Origin: Candidatus Saccharimonadota bacterium
Lineage (GTDB): Bacteria; Patescibacteriota; Saccharimonadia; CAILAD01; BJGX01
DNA: 47,186 nt
Direction of reading: 5' to 3'
NCBI GenBank assembly: GCA_046350735.1
Contig: JAXLZU010000001.1
Location: 750,462-797,647 of the forward strand
Every line of letters begins with the position of its first letter. Position 1 is the first letter of the stretch. The translations under genes and the position numbers were made by a program. The notes under the pieces were generated by a model. It worked only from the letters and a program-made list of their open reading frames with translations. It did not search any database and was not told the DNA's origin. Positions 18,618-27,544 of this stretch are shown piece by piece.

Positions 18618-19340
18618 CTATCTAGGCAGTTTTTGTGCAAAAACATTTGCTTGCTCGGCTAAGCTATCATCAATTTTGTTGAGCCGAAAATTAATATCAA
18701 CTTTTCTCGCTGCCTGAGAAATAAGAAAATCTGCCAGGCTAGGGTTTTTAGGTAATAGTGGTCCATGTAGATACGTACCAATAGCACTTTTATAGATAGT
18801 ACCTTCAAAACCCGATTCTCTATCATTACCACAACCTTGAATTACCCTTGCTAACGGTTGAGCATTTTTACCCAGGCTAGTCGCGCCACTGTGGTTTTCA
18901 AAACCTACAATAGTACCAAATTCGTCACTTACACAAACAACATTACCTATCATTCTTAATTCTGTTGCTTTTGTTACAACATCAAAAATACTAATTCCTG
19001 CAATTTCTCCTGAATCTTTGGTGAGAAAATACTTACCAAAGAGCTGGTACCCACCACATATAGTTAGGGCTGGTACGCCAGATTCAATATGGTCACGTAT
19101 ATGTACTTTTTTGCCTTGCAAATCTTTACCAACAGCTATCTGCCCCCTATCTTGTCCGCCACCCATAAAGATAAGATCGAATTTACCCTGAAGTTTTTCA
19201 CCTACAGTGTTGGTAATATATTCATAGTTCAGACCGTGCCATTCCATTCGTTTCTGCAGGCAGATAATATTCCCAATATCACCATAGATACTCATTCTAT
19301 CTGGATATAGATGAAGAATTCGCAGAGCTCTCATTGCCAA
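18618..19340 (-). CDS. gatD: GatD (CobQ-like glutamine amidotransferase)
   Basis: YGDIGN, GGGQD, ICGGYQL (catalytic Cys), GFENH, YLHGPLLPKNP. Overlaps murT. Confidence 0.9.
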   Translation of the reverse strand: MAMRALRILHLYPDRMSIYGDIGNIICLQKRMEWHGLNYEYITNTVGEKLQGKFDLIFMGGGQDRGQIAVGKDLQGKKVHIRDHIESGVPALTICGGYQLFGKYFLTKDSGEIAGISIFDVVTKATELRMIGNVVCVSDEFGTIVGFENHSGATSLGKNAQPLARVIQGCGNDRESGFEGTIYKSAIGTYLHGPLLPKNPSLADFLISQAARKVDINFRLNKIDDSLAEQANVFAQKLPR

Positions 19341-20716
19341 AACTCCTTGCTTCCTTGATTATTAACCTGGTTAATGAGTGTTCTCAGGGTAAGCATAGCG
19401 GTGTATGTAGGCAATACAATAACTCGCCGACCCTTGGCTAATTTATGTGCTTTCTCAAGTGCGTTTTTTGTATCAGTCTCAAATATCATCTTGCCGGTAT
19501 AGCCAGCATATGCCAGACGTAGCTGCATATCGAGTGCCCTAGTGCCAGTAACAATCACTGGTCCTCTTCTCCTGGCAAAGTCTTCTACAGCACAATCCCA
19601 TAGCCAAGATACATCACGACCATCAGCAATATTATCATTGATAGCAATGAGTAGTGGGCACGCTGTATCTTTTTGTATAAATGATTGTATTACCTGGTTA
19701 AAGCCAGTTGGATTTTTAATAAGATATAGACCAAACTGAGTTTTACCTATCTTCATAGCCTCGGTTCTGCCAAAAGCTGCGCTCAAATTTGCTAGACTCT
19801 GTGTTAACACAGAGCTTTCTATTCTAAAGAGCTGCGCCATAGCAAAGGCCGGCAAAACATTATAAATATTATAGTTACCCGATAGATTTACAGATACAGA
19901 ATGTAATTCTGTTGTAGTTTTTACTTTTATTTTGATAGATTTACTAGTAGTTTTTGCTATCTTTGTAACATCAATTTGTGGCTTTGGACGGCCAAACACG
20001 CCAGACTTTGTACTATACATACCAATATGACCAAAGTACCGGTGCTTATAAACCAAAGATTCTCCACTAAACGGGTCGACAATACTATCTGCAGTGCGAT
20101 CATGCTCTAAGGCGGTAAATGCAGATGTATCAGACACGCCAAAATACAATACTTTTACGCTTCCGCTAAGTTTCATACCCAGACTTGCTACCAAGGGGTC
20201 ATCGGCGTTCAGAACAAGAGTGGTAGAGCGCAAATTTTTAAACGCCTGCCGAAACTTATTAGCAATACTATCTAACTCACCATATCTGTCAAGCTGATCT
20301 CGAAATAGATTGGTAACCACCACCATTTTTGGCTGCAAAGCAGCCGTCACTTCTGGTAGATAAGCCTCATCTACCTCAAATAATCCAACGCGTGCCCTCG
20401 TAAAACCCTTTAGATTTGCTTCGGTTAGTATCGAGCTAATTACACCCCTACTTAGATTAGAGCCGGCACGATTATTTACGAAGCTAATCTGAGCATTCTG
20501 CAGAACATCGGCCAGCACCTTGGTGGTGGTAGTCTTACCATTTGTACCTGTTACTAATATAACGCCGTCAGGAAAGTTAATACTCCCCAGCTTCTTTAAT
20601 AAATTTGGATCGATACGTTCAGCCAAATATCCAGGTGCAGCTGTGGCAGCAGTTTTTTTTACCCGAGAGGCAGACCTAACCAGTTTGGCAGCCAAAATCG
20701 CTGCTGTTTTCTTCAT
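19331..20716 (-). CDS. murT: MurT ligase (DUF1727 C-terminus)
   Basis: VTGTNGKTTT, EVDEA, NLFRDQLDRYGE, LIKNPTG, NDNIADGRDVSWLWD, PTYTAML. Confidence 0.92.
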   Translation of the reverse strand: MKKTAAILAAKLVRSASRVKKTAATAAPGYLAERIDPNLLKKLGSINFPDGVILVTGTNGKTTTTKVLADVLQNAQISFVNNRAGSNLSRGVISSILTEANLKGFTRARVGLFEVDEAYLPEVTAALQPKMVVVTNLFRDQLDRYGELDSIANKFRQAFKNLRSTTLVLNADDPLVASLGMKLSGSVKVLYFGVSDTSAFTALEHDRTADSIVDPFSGESLVYKHRYFGHIGMYSTKSGVFGRPKPQIDVTKIAKTTSKSIKIKVKTTTELHSVSVNLSGNYNIYNVLPAFAMAQLFRIESSVLTQSLANLSAAFGRTEAMKIGKTQFGLYLIKNPTGFNQVIQSFIQKDTACPLLIAINDNIADGRDVSWLWDCAVEDFARRRGPVIVTGTRALDMQLRLAYAGYTGKMIFETDTKNALEKAHKLAKGRRVIVLPTYTAMLTLRTLINQVNNQGSKEFWQ

Positions 20717-20728
20717 AACTCTATTATA

Positions 20729-21595
20729 TCAAAGCCCAAGATAATCAGATACGCCTCTTTCTGCCTCTAAATAATTTTTAACCCAAATAACAGCAAGGTT
20801 ACGCTTAAACCAAGTTAACTGTTTCTTGGCTAGCTTATACGTTGCTGCATTTATTTGTAGTTCTAGCTCATTCTTTGATGTTGGACTATTGATAAAATCT
20901 AATACTTCTTTGTAGCCAGTGGTTTGCAATTGCACACAATTATCGCCATAGTTATCAACTAAATATTTTACCTCTTGTATAAATCCATTGTTCAACATTG
21001 TTTTTGTTCTAATAGCTATATTTTTCTTTAATATAGGAATTTCTGCATGTATACCAAGCACCAAACTTTCAATTTTGTGAGTCTGTCTATTGTTACTTTT
21101 TACAAACCCCTGCTGCAAAATTTGCTCTAGACGGCGCCTATTGTGTGCATCAGAATTATTTAGTTCGATTTCTGGATACTCTGCTTCTACCCTATGTTGC
21201 AATTCTTCTAATGATAAATTTGTAGTATCTATTCTATTTACTCTCCCACTGCGCTCAAATGTGTAGTCGAATAATAATGAGTCTATATACATGCCGCTTC
21301 CACCTACCAAAAATGGTACCTTACCTCGTAACTGGATATCTCTAATGGCTTTTTGGGCAAGTTTTTTAAACTCTACTACACTAAATGTTTGTCCGGGTTT
21401 AACTACACTTAACAGATGATGAGGAATTTCTTTTTGCTCTTCTTTGCTCGGTTTTGCTGTGCCAACATCCATACCTATATAAATAGTACGACTATCAGCA
21501 CAAACAATCTCGCCGTTAAAATGTTTAGCCAATTGTATAGCCATGGCTGTCTTGCCAGAAGCCGTTGGGCCAAGAATAGTAACTAGTTTTGACAT
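20729..21595 (-). CDS. miaA: tRNA dimethylallyltransferase
   Basis: GPTASGKT, ADSR.IY.GMDVGTAKP, VGGSGMY, AKKQLTWF. Confidence 0.96.
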   Translation of the reverse strand: MSKLVTILGPTASGKTAMAIQLAKHFNGEIVCADSRTIYIGMDVGTAKPSKEEQKEIPHHLLSVVKPGQTFSVVEFKKLAQKAIRDIQLRGKVPFLVGGSGMYIDSLLFDYTFERSGRVNRIDTTNLSLEELQHRVEAEYPEIELNNSDAHNRRRLEQILQQGFVKSNNRQTHKIESLVLGIHAEIPILKKNIAIRTKTMLNNGFIQEVKYLVDNYGDNCVQLQTTGYKEVLDFINSPTSKNELELQINAATYKLAKKQLTWFKRNLAVIWVKNYLEAERGVSDYLGL

Positions 21596-21601
21596 TTGTG
21601 G

Positions 21602-23419
21602 CTAATTCAATGATTTTTCAGATATATTTTTCAATAATGTTGTAATAAAAACATTAATCTTTTGTTGGCCTTCGTCGCCTTTTCCGTACCGCCTTACAGA
21701 TACAGAGCGAGATTTCTGCTCGTTCTCTCCTACAATTAGGGCATATGGCACTTTCATCATTTCGACATTACGAATTTTCTTACTTAAAGACTCAGAGCTA
21801 TCATCTGTCTCTACACGTACCCCAGCCTCCCTTAGCTTTAGTGCTACTTCTTTGGCATATTTGTTAAATTTATCCGACACGGGTAATACTCTTACCTGTT
21901 CTGGTGCCAGCCATACCGGAAAAGCCCCTGCAAAGTGCTCTATTAAGAGCATAATAAAGCGCTCAAAAGATCCGAGTATCGCCCTATGGATCATTACAGG
22001 GTGTTTTTCTTTACCTGCCTGGTCGGTATAAACTAGCTTAAAACGCTTTGGCATAGCAAAGTCGAGCTGAATAGTTGCTAGCTGAGTTTCGCGCCCGAGA
22101 GCGTCTTTAAACATAAAATCAAGCTTAGGGCCATAAATAGCTGCCTCGCCTTCCATTTTTTTGGCATCCAGGCCTCGCTCTTCGGCTATTTCTTTTAGCA
22201 TTCGCTCGGCCTCATCCCAATCAGACGGCTCACCAATGTAAGCCTCAGGTTTTTTAGGGTCTCTCACTGAGAGTGATACCCAGTGATTACCCCACAGGCC
22301 TAAGTTTTTATAAAAACTCTCAATAATTTCGGCAATCATCTCAGCCTCGTGTTTTATCTGATCTACCCGACAAAAGGTATGACCATCATCCACGGTAAAC
22401 CCACGAGTACGTTGTAGCCCTCCGATTTGCCCAGGCTTTTCGTCGCGATACTGCATAGTCTGCTCTATATATCGAATTGGCAAATCACGATAACTGCGTG
22501 GCCGTGATGCATATATTTGAGTGTGGTGGGGGCAATTTACTGGTTTTAAGACAAACTCTTGCTTGTAATGACTCTCTACCTTAAACAATTCATCTTCAAA
22601 CTTCTCGGCATGCCCAGAAATCTTATACAAATCGAGCTTGGCTAGATGCGGAATTGAGACCGGTTGCATATCGTACTTATTACTTATCTCGTTAAGTGCT
22701 GCTTTTAGCTGATTAATAAGCACCGTGCCTTTAGGTGTGTAGAGTGGTAACCCCGGCCCTACTAAATCAGAGAATGTAAACAAATCTAGCTGTTGGCCAA
22801 GTTTGCGATGATCTCGCTTCTCGGCTTCAATTACCATCTGGGCGTATAGATCGAGGCCTGCCTTATTCTCAAAAGCTACACCATATATTCGCTGCATTTG
22901 TGGATTATTTTCATTACCTCGCCAGTACGCACCAGCTAATTTATCGAGTTTAAAGCTATCAACATCAATTTCGCTGGTGTTTTTAACATGCGGACCACGG
23001 CACAAGTCTACAAAATCACCCGTTTTGTACACACTAACTGTTGTAATTTTGTCAACTGAATTGTCAATTAACTCTGAATCGCCAGCATCGGCTACTGCAG
23101 TAGTGCCTTTTGTTTTAAGGTCGTTAAGGAGTTCTACCTTAAAATCTTGCTTGTGCTCTTTAAAGTACTTTATTGCCTCCTCTATTGGCCACTCTTCGCG
23201 TACAAAGTCTAGCTTGGCAGATATAAGCTTCTTCATCTCTTTTTGTACTTTCTTCAGTTCTTGCGCGTCTAGAGGATGTTCTAGCTTAATGTCATAATAA
23301 AACCCATTTTCTATTACTGGGCCTACGCCAAACTGAGCATCTTTATGAAGCTTTTGCACAGCAGCTGCCATTATGTGTGCCAAGCTATGACGAATCTTAT
23401 CTAGTTTTGCATCTGACAT
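21602..23419 (-). CDS. thrS: Threonyl-tRNA synthetase (no N-terminal TGS domain)
   Basis: RHSLAHIMA editing domain, DLCRGPH, KPVNCPHH, QRTRGFTVDDGH, IHRAILGSFER. AAGGAG SD. Confidence 0.98.
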   Translation of the reverse strand: MSDAKLDKIRHSLAHIMAAAVQKLHKDAQFGVGPVIENGFYYDIKLEHPLDAQELKKVQKEMKKLISAKLDFVREEWPIEEAIKYFKEHKQDFKVELLNDLKTKGTTAVADAGDSELIDNSVDKITTVSVYKTGDFVDLCRGPHVKNTSEIDVDSFKLDKLAGAYWRGNENNPQMQRIYGVAFENKAGLDLYAQMVIEAEKRDHRKLGQQLDLFTFSDLVGPGLPLYTPKGTVLINQLKAALNEISNKYDMQPVSIPHLAKLDLYKISGHAEKFEDELFKVESHYKQEFVLKPVNCPHHTQIYASRPRSYRDLPIRYIEQTMQYRDEKPGQIGGLQRTRGFTVDDGHTFCRVDQIKHEAEMIAEIIESFYKNLGLWGNHWVSLSVRDPKKPEAYIGEPSDWDEAERMLKEIAEERGLDAKKMEGEAAIYGPKLDFMFKDALGRETQLATIQLDFAMPKRFKLVYTDQAGKEKHPVMIHRAILGSFERFIMLLIEHFAGAFPVWLAPEQVRVLPVSDKFNKYAKEVALKLREAGVRVETDDSSESLSKKIRNVEMMKVPYALIVGENEQKSRSVSVRRYGKGDEGQQKINVFITTLLKNISEKSLN

Positions 23420-23600
23420 GGTATTTTCTCCTTATAAAACAAAAACCGCCCTATTTACCAAGTCCCAATAACTTCTTGGGAGGTTCCACTTGGTTTATCC
23501 ATGGCGGATCTCTCTTTTGCATATGTACGCCATATGCTGGCGAGACTTCGCAGGTTGGTGAGGTCTGCTACTTCGTCTTATGTAGCTGCCTAGTATTATA
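23420..23600 (-). promoter_or_regulatory. Structured ~170-nt thrS leader (T-box-like / tRNA-mimic)
   Basis: TATAAT at 23600-23595. Hairpins gctac/gtagc and gcatatg-GCGTA-catatgc. Fold ccaag-TGGAACC-tcccaa...ttggga-cttgg, closed by ccgcc/ggcgg and followed by a T run. Confidence 0.6.
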
Positions 23601-23700
23601 CCAAGAAGTTATGTATTTGTACAAGAAGGTATTGCAGTTACTTTTATTGCAAATAAAGACAATTTTGCACTAAACAAACAATTTTAACCACTATTTTTTA

Positions 23701-25929
23701 TTATTCCTCTATCTCTTCTGGTTCTTCTTCTTCCTCTTCTTCTTCATATACAGGATACCATTGCCATTTATCTGCAAACTGTGGATACTCTTTTTGGAGC
23801 AGTAACCTCTCACTATGGCTTAGATTGTAGATATGGATTTGCCCGCCGATCGTCTCAGGCAGCTGTAAACCTTCGGCTGTGGTCAGGCTGCTAAGATAGA
23901 GATCCCCGCCGATCGTCTCAGGCAGCTGTAAACCTTCAGCTGTGGTCAGGCTGCTGAGGTAGAGATCATCGCCAATCGTCTCGGGCAGCTGTAAGCCATC
24001 AGCCGAGGTCAGGCTGTCGAGGTCGAGATAACCACCGATCGTCTCGGGCAGATGCAAGCCATCGGCTGAGGTTAGGCCTTCGAGTATGAGATAACCACCG
24101 ACCGTCTTGGGTAGCTGTAAACCTTCGGCTGAGGTCAGGCTTCTGAGGTTGATACCACCACCGATCGTCTCGGGCAGCTGTAAGCCTTCGGCTGAGGTCA
24201 GGCCGGAGAGGTAGAGATAACCACCGATCGTCTCGGGCAGCTGTAAGCCTTCGGCTGAGGTCAGGCCGGAGAGGTCGAGATAACCACCGATCGTCTCGGG
24301 CAGCTGTAAGCCTTCGGCTGAGGTCAGGCTTCTGAGGTTGATACCACCACCAATCGTCTCGGGCAGCTGTAAGCCTTCGGCTGAAGTCAGGCCGGAGAGG
24401 TCGAGATAACCACCGATCGTCTCGGGCAGCTGTAAGCCTTCGGCTGAGGTCAGGCCGCTGAGGTTGAGATTACCACCAATCGTCTCGGGCAGCTGTAAGC
24501 CTTCGGTTGAAGTCAGGCCGGAGAGGTCGAGATAACCATAGTGATAGAGTATATTGCCCCTCAACGCCTCTTCTTTTGTTAGACTAATTTGTTCGGGCTG
24601 TACATCTAATGTAAAGGCCAAATCAACCCTTGGGTTGCGAGTTTGTAATAGCTCGGCAATCCGTGGGTCCTTCATATAACCAAAGCCTTCAATCTTACTA
24701 TCTAGTTCGTAGAGAAATCTCAGCTGGTCTTTGCTAAGCTCGGCACTCGGATTAGCTTTGAGCAGGTTGTCTATCTCGGTGAGGCGGCGCATGTCCTCTG
24801 AGCGTTTCTTGTATTGCTGGGCGCCTTCGGGGTCTATCTCAGCAAGCTTGGCATCGGCAATGGGTACCAACTCAGCTTCCATATTCTGGTCGGCCTCAAT
24901 TCCCCGTACCTCTGCAATGTGTTGCTGGCCATATTCTTCTTGCATACGAATAGCTACACGAGGTACCGAGTACTGACCATCTTCGCTTTTGGTATAGTAG
25001 ACATAAAAGTCACCACCGCTCAGTTGGCTATGCGCCATACCTTCGCCGGCCGTACACCAGCCAGTGCCATAGCCATGCAGTGAGTGGGCTAGCTCTTTAC
25101 TCTTACTCTCATCACTTGTCTGGTCGTACTTTATCCATCGGCCATCGGTAACATTGAGCTGCTCAGCGTGCTTGGGGGCAGCATATTCAATGGCGCGTTT
25201 GTAGAGACTGGCAAAGTTGGCATCTCTATCTAAGAGCGCTTGAGTTTCTGGGTTGATAGCGTCCTTAGGGTTATCTGGGTCAATATCTTTGAGACCATAG
25301 TGTTTGGCTAAGCTGTCTTCCATATACGCCAAGGCTTCGCGATTAATGTCTGGGAACGGTGCAGTGGTAGATTTAGAACGCTTGGGGAACTCACCCTTTT
25401 GTTTGTCGTAGTCGGCCAGACGGGTAATGTTGCGGAAGGTGTAGTACTTAAACCACATTGGGTACGTGGCATCGTCGCTAGTGAGGTAATCTAGCCAGGC
25501 GTCGAGACTACGTTCTTGGTCGGTTCGAATTGTCTCTCTGGCCTCGGCTCGCACTTGGTCGTTTGCTCGGGCCATAATATCTTCAATGGCGCCGTGGCCT
25601 TGCTCGTGGGCAATCTGGGCTTGATGGTGTAAATACCGTTCTATAGAGGGGTCATCAAGACCAGTAATATAGCCGCCCTCTTGGGTTGGACGATGGTAGA
25701 GAGTTTTTATGCGCTCGTAAATTTGTGGCTGCGCGGCTTGGCGGGCCTCACTACCACCTTTACCCGTGTGAGTTCTCTCTACTAACCGAAGCCAAGCTTC
25801 TAGCTTGGGTGCTGGCTCGTTGGGAATACGCTCACCATGCTGACGCAGACGGGCAACCTCGTGCTCTACCGGCTGAGATGTATGTAGCTCAGAGTATTTT
25901 GACTGCAGAGGATGCTTTTCCATAAGCAT
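23701..25929 (-). CDS. Large hypothetical protein: conserved N-terminal domain, 11 LRR-like repeats and a poly-Glu tail
   Basis: 748-aa tracked ORF; the likely start is MLMEK at 25929. GTGWCTAG motif, (GGxLxLxxLTSAEGLQLPETI) repeats and an EEEEEEEEPEEIEE end. Confidence 0.9.
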   Translation of the reverse strand: MLMEKHPLQSKYSELHTSQPVEHEVARLRQHGERIPNEPAPKLEAWLRLVERTHTGKGGSEARQAAQPQIYERIKTLYHRPTQEGGYITGLDDPSIERYLHHQAQIAHEQGHGAIEDIMARANDQVRAEARETIRTDQERSLDAWLDYLTSDDATYPMWFKYYTFRNITRLADYDKQKGEFPKRSKSTTAPFPDINREALAYMEDSLAKHYGLKDIDPDNPKDAINPETQALLDRDANFASLYKRAIEYAAPKHAEQLNVTDGRWIKYDQTSDESKSKELAHSLHGYGTGWCTAGEGMAHSQLSGGDFYVYYTKSEDGQYSVPRVAIRMQEEYGQQHIAEVRGIEADQNMEAELVPIADAKLAEIDPEGAQQYKKRSEDMRRLTEIDNLLKANPSAELSKDQLRFLYELDSKIEGFGYMKDPRIAELLQTRNPRVDLAFTLDVQPEQISLTKEEALRGNILYHYGYLDLSGLTSTEGLQLPETIGGNLNLSGLTSAEGLQLPETIGGYLDLSGLTSAEGLQLPETIGGGINLRSLTSAEGLQLPETIGGYLDLSGLTSAEGLQLPETIGGYLYLSGLTSAEGLQLPETIGGGINLRSLTSAEGLQLPKTVGGYLILEGLTSADGLHLPETIGGYLDLDSLTSADGLQLPETIGDDLYLSSLTTAEGLQLPETIGGDLYLSSLTTAEGLQLPETIGGQIHIYNLSHSERLLLQKEYPQFADKWQWYPVYEEEEEEEEPEEIEE
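23848..24540 (-). repeat. Intragenic tandem array, 11 x 63 bp (21-aa LRR-like unit)
   Basis: The 63-bp period was checked (CCGATCGTC at 24161 and 24224). A 189-bp higher-order match exists between the GGGINLRS units (24141 and 24330). Confidence 0.97.
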
Positions 25930-25966
25930 TATTATAACAAAAAACACCTGCCTGGTGTTTATTATA

Positions 25967-26043
25967 TGGTGGGTCCTAGGGGACTTGAACCTCTGACCTC
26001 TTCCACGTCAAGGAAGCGCTCTAGCCAACTGAGCTAAGGACCC
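25967..26043 (-). tRNA. tRNA-Val(GAC)
   Basis: GGGTCCTTAGCTCAGTTGG...CTTCC-TTGACGT-GGAAG...GTTCAAGT...AGGACCCACCA. Confidence 0.97.
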
Positions 26044-26114
26044 ATCTTAAATCTAAAACTAATAATGGTGCTTCCTTATTTTTCGCCCAGCGCTTCTGAG
26101 TACCATCAATTATT

Positions 26115-26134
26115 CCAACTGAGCTAAGGACCCA
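26115..26134 (-). repeat. 20-bp direct copy of the tRNA-Val 5' end
   Basis: CCAACTGAGCTAAGGACCCA at 26115-26134 is identical to 26025-26044. Confidence 0.93.
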
Positions 26135-26151
26135 CATCTGGTACATTATAC

Positions 26152-27417
26152 CTAATAATTAGCTAAATCAGAAGTCTCTCTAATAATATCGCCGGCAAAA
26201 CCCACCCGTTCTAGGTCTATAAAATCACTATTGTTCAGCCCAAGTGAGCACACCAATTCGGCTTTGTTATATTTTTGCGATATCTTATCGATAGCCGCAT
26301 ACATAGTATTGGCTTTCTTCTGGTGTAGGTAGGTATCAAAATCAAGCTGCCAGCTCTCACTTACCTTGCCCACACCAACCGTTATTTTAATAACCCGCTC
26401 TGTTATTTCTAGTTTTTTTAACAACATTTTTAAATAATTGCTTAATACCAAAGAGTCATTAAATTCTGTAACATTTTTAAACTCGCTCATCTGATAATTA
26501 TTGCTCTCTAAACGAATATTTAGATAGACAGACCTAGCCTTTAAATGCTTATCTCTAAGCCTTCTACCAAGAACATCTGATATCTTTAGTAAATATGTTG
26601 TAATTTTATCTAAATTATCTGGATAACCTGGAATTGTAGTAACTTGATGGCTTAATGAGCGCTGTTTTACCAAAGGACGCTTATCTACCTCATACCCACG
26701 CATACGAAAGTACCACTTCTCACCCTCTACACCCAACGACCTACGCAAAAACAATCGTGATGCACAGTAAAGATCAAATGGTGATAATATACCTATAGCA
26801 TAAAGGCGTCGCCTCATACGATAATTTATACCCGTCAGATCTAAGAGAGAATGATCTGTATAAAATTCTGCCAGCTTATTATGTACTATATAGACACCAT
26901 TTGGCTTTTTATAGCTCGCTGCCATTTTGGCTAGCCACATATTACTCGATACACCGATAGAACAATATATATGTTCGTTATACATTTTATACAAATTAGC
27001 TTTTATTGCTTTTATTAAAGCAAAAACATCATTACGATTTTGCATATAATGCGGAATTCTTAGAACTGCCTCGTCGATGCTTTTGGCCTCTACCATACAT
27101 GGTGTGGCCTGCAAAACAGCCATTATTTGCCGATGAATAGTTCTATACGAATGTGGACTATCACTCACAACAACTATACCCGGACACATGCGACGTGCAT
27201 TCTCTACTTTTACCCCACCGCGTACCCCCATCTGCTTTGCCTCTATAGAGGCTGCCACAATACTAGCACCTATTGTAGTACCAGTTGCTACACCAACAGG
27301 TTTGCCACGCAGTTTAGGATTGTAAAACTGTTCTACCGACGCAAAGAACGAATCCATATCAATATAGAGTGTCGAATATGGCTTGGGTTTTGTTAATTGA
27401 GTAATAAGCTTTTCCAT
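26152..27417 (-). CDS. dinB: Y-family DNA polymerase (DinB/Pol IV-like)
   Basis: IDMDSFFASVEQ, SIDEA, AKMAASYKKPNG; little-finger domain. Confidence 0.92.
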   Translation of the reverse strand: MEKLITQLTKPKPYSTLYIDMDSFFASVEQFYNPKLRGKPVGVATGTTIGASIVAASIEAKQMGVRGGVKVENARRMCPGIVVVSDSPHSYRTIHRQIMAVLQATPCMVEAKSIDEAVLRIPHYMQNRNDVFALIKAIKANLYKMYNEHIYCSIGVSSNMWLAKMAASYKKPNGVYIVHNKLAEFYTDHSLLDLTGINYRMRRRLYAIGILSPFDLYCASRLFLRRSLGVEGEKWYFRMRGYEVDKRPLVKQRSLSHQVTTIPGYPDNLDKITTYLLKISDVLGRRLRDKHLKARSVYLNIRLESNNYQMSEFKNVTEFNDSLVLSNYLKMLLKKLEITERVIKITVGVGKVSESWQLDFDTYLHQKKANTMYAAIDKISQKYNKAELVCSLGLNNSDFIDLERVGFAGDIIRETSDLANY

Positions 27418-27544
27418 ACTGTATATAATTATAATTTTTTATAGATATAAATGCAAACATAATACGAACATACTATTGGTTTTCCCCATAAATCTTATGG
27501 TTTTTCCACTGGTTTTTTTTATAGTATTATGTCAATATATAGAT

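Noticed and set aside
23848-24540. CRISPR array or DGR template/variable repeat
   Set aside because: The units are in-frame 63-bp coding repeats without spacers. Differences are not confined to adenines, and no reverse transcriptase is present.
27417-27436. E. coli-type LexA box (TACTGTATATA...) at the dinB start, with a similar half-site at about 14418
   Set aside because: Only the left half matches and the ACAG half is missing; this is expected by chance in AT-rich DNA.
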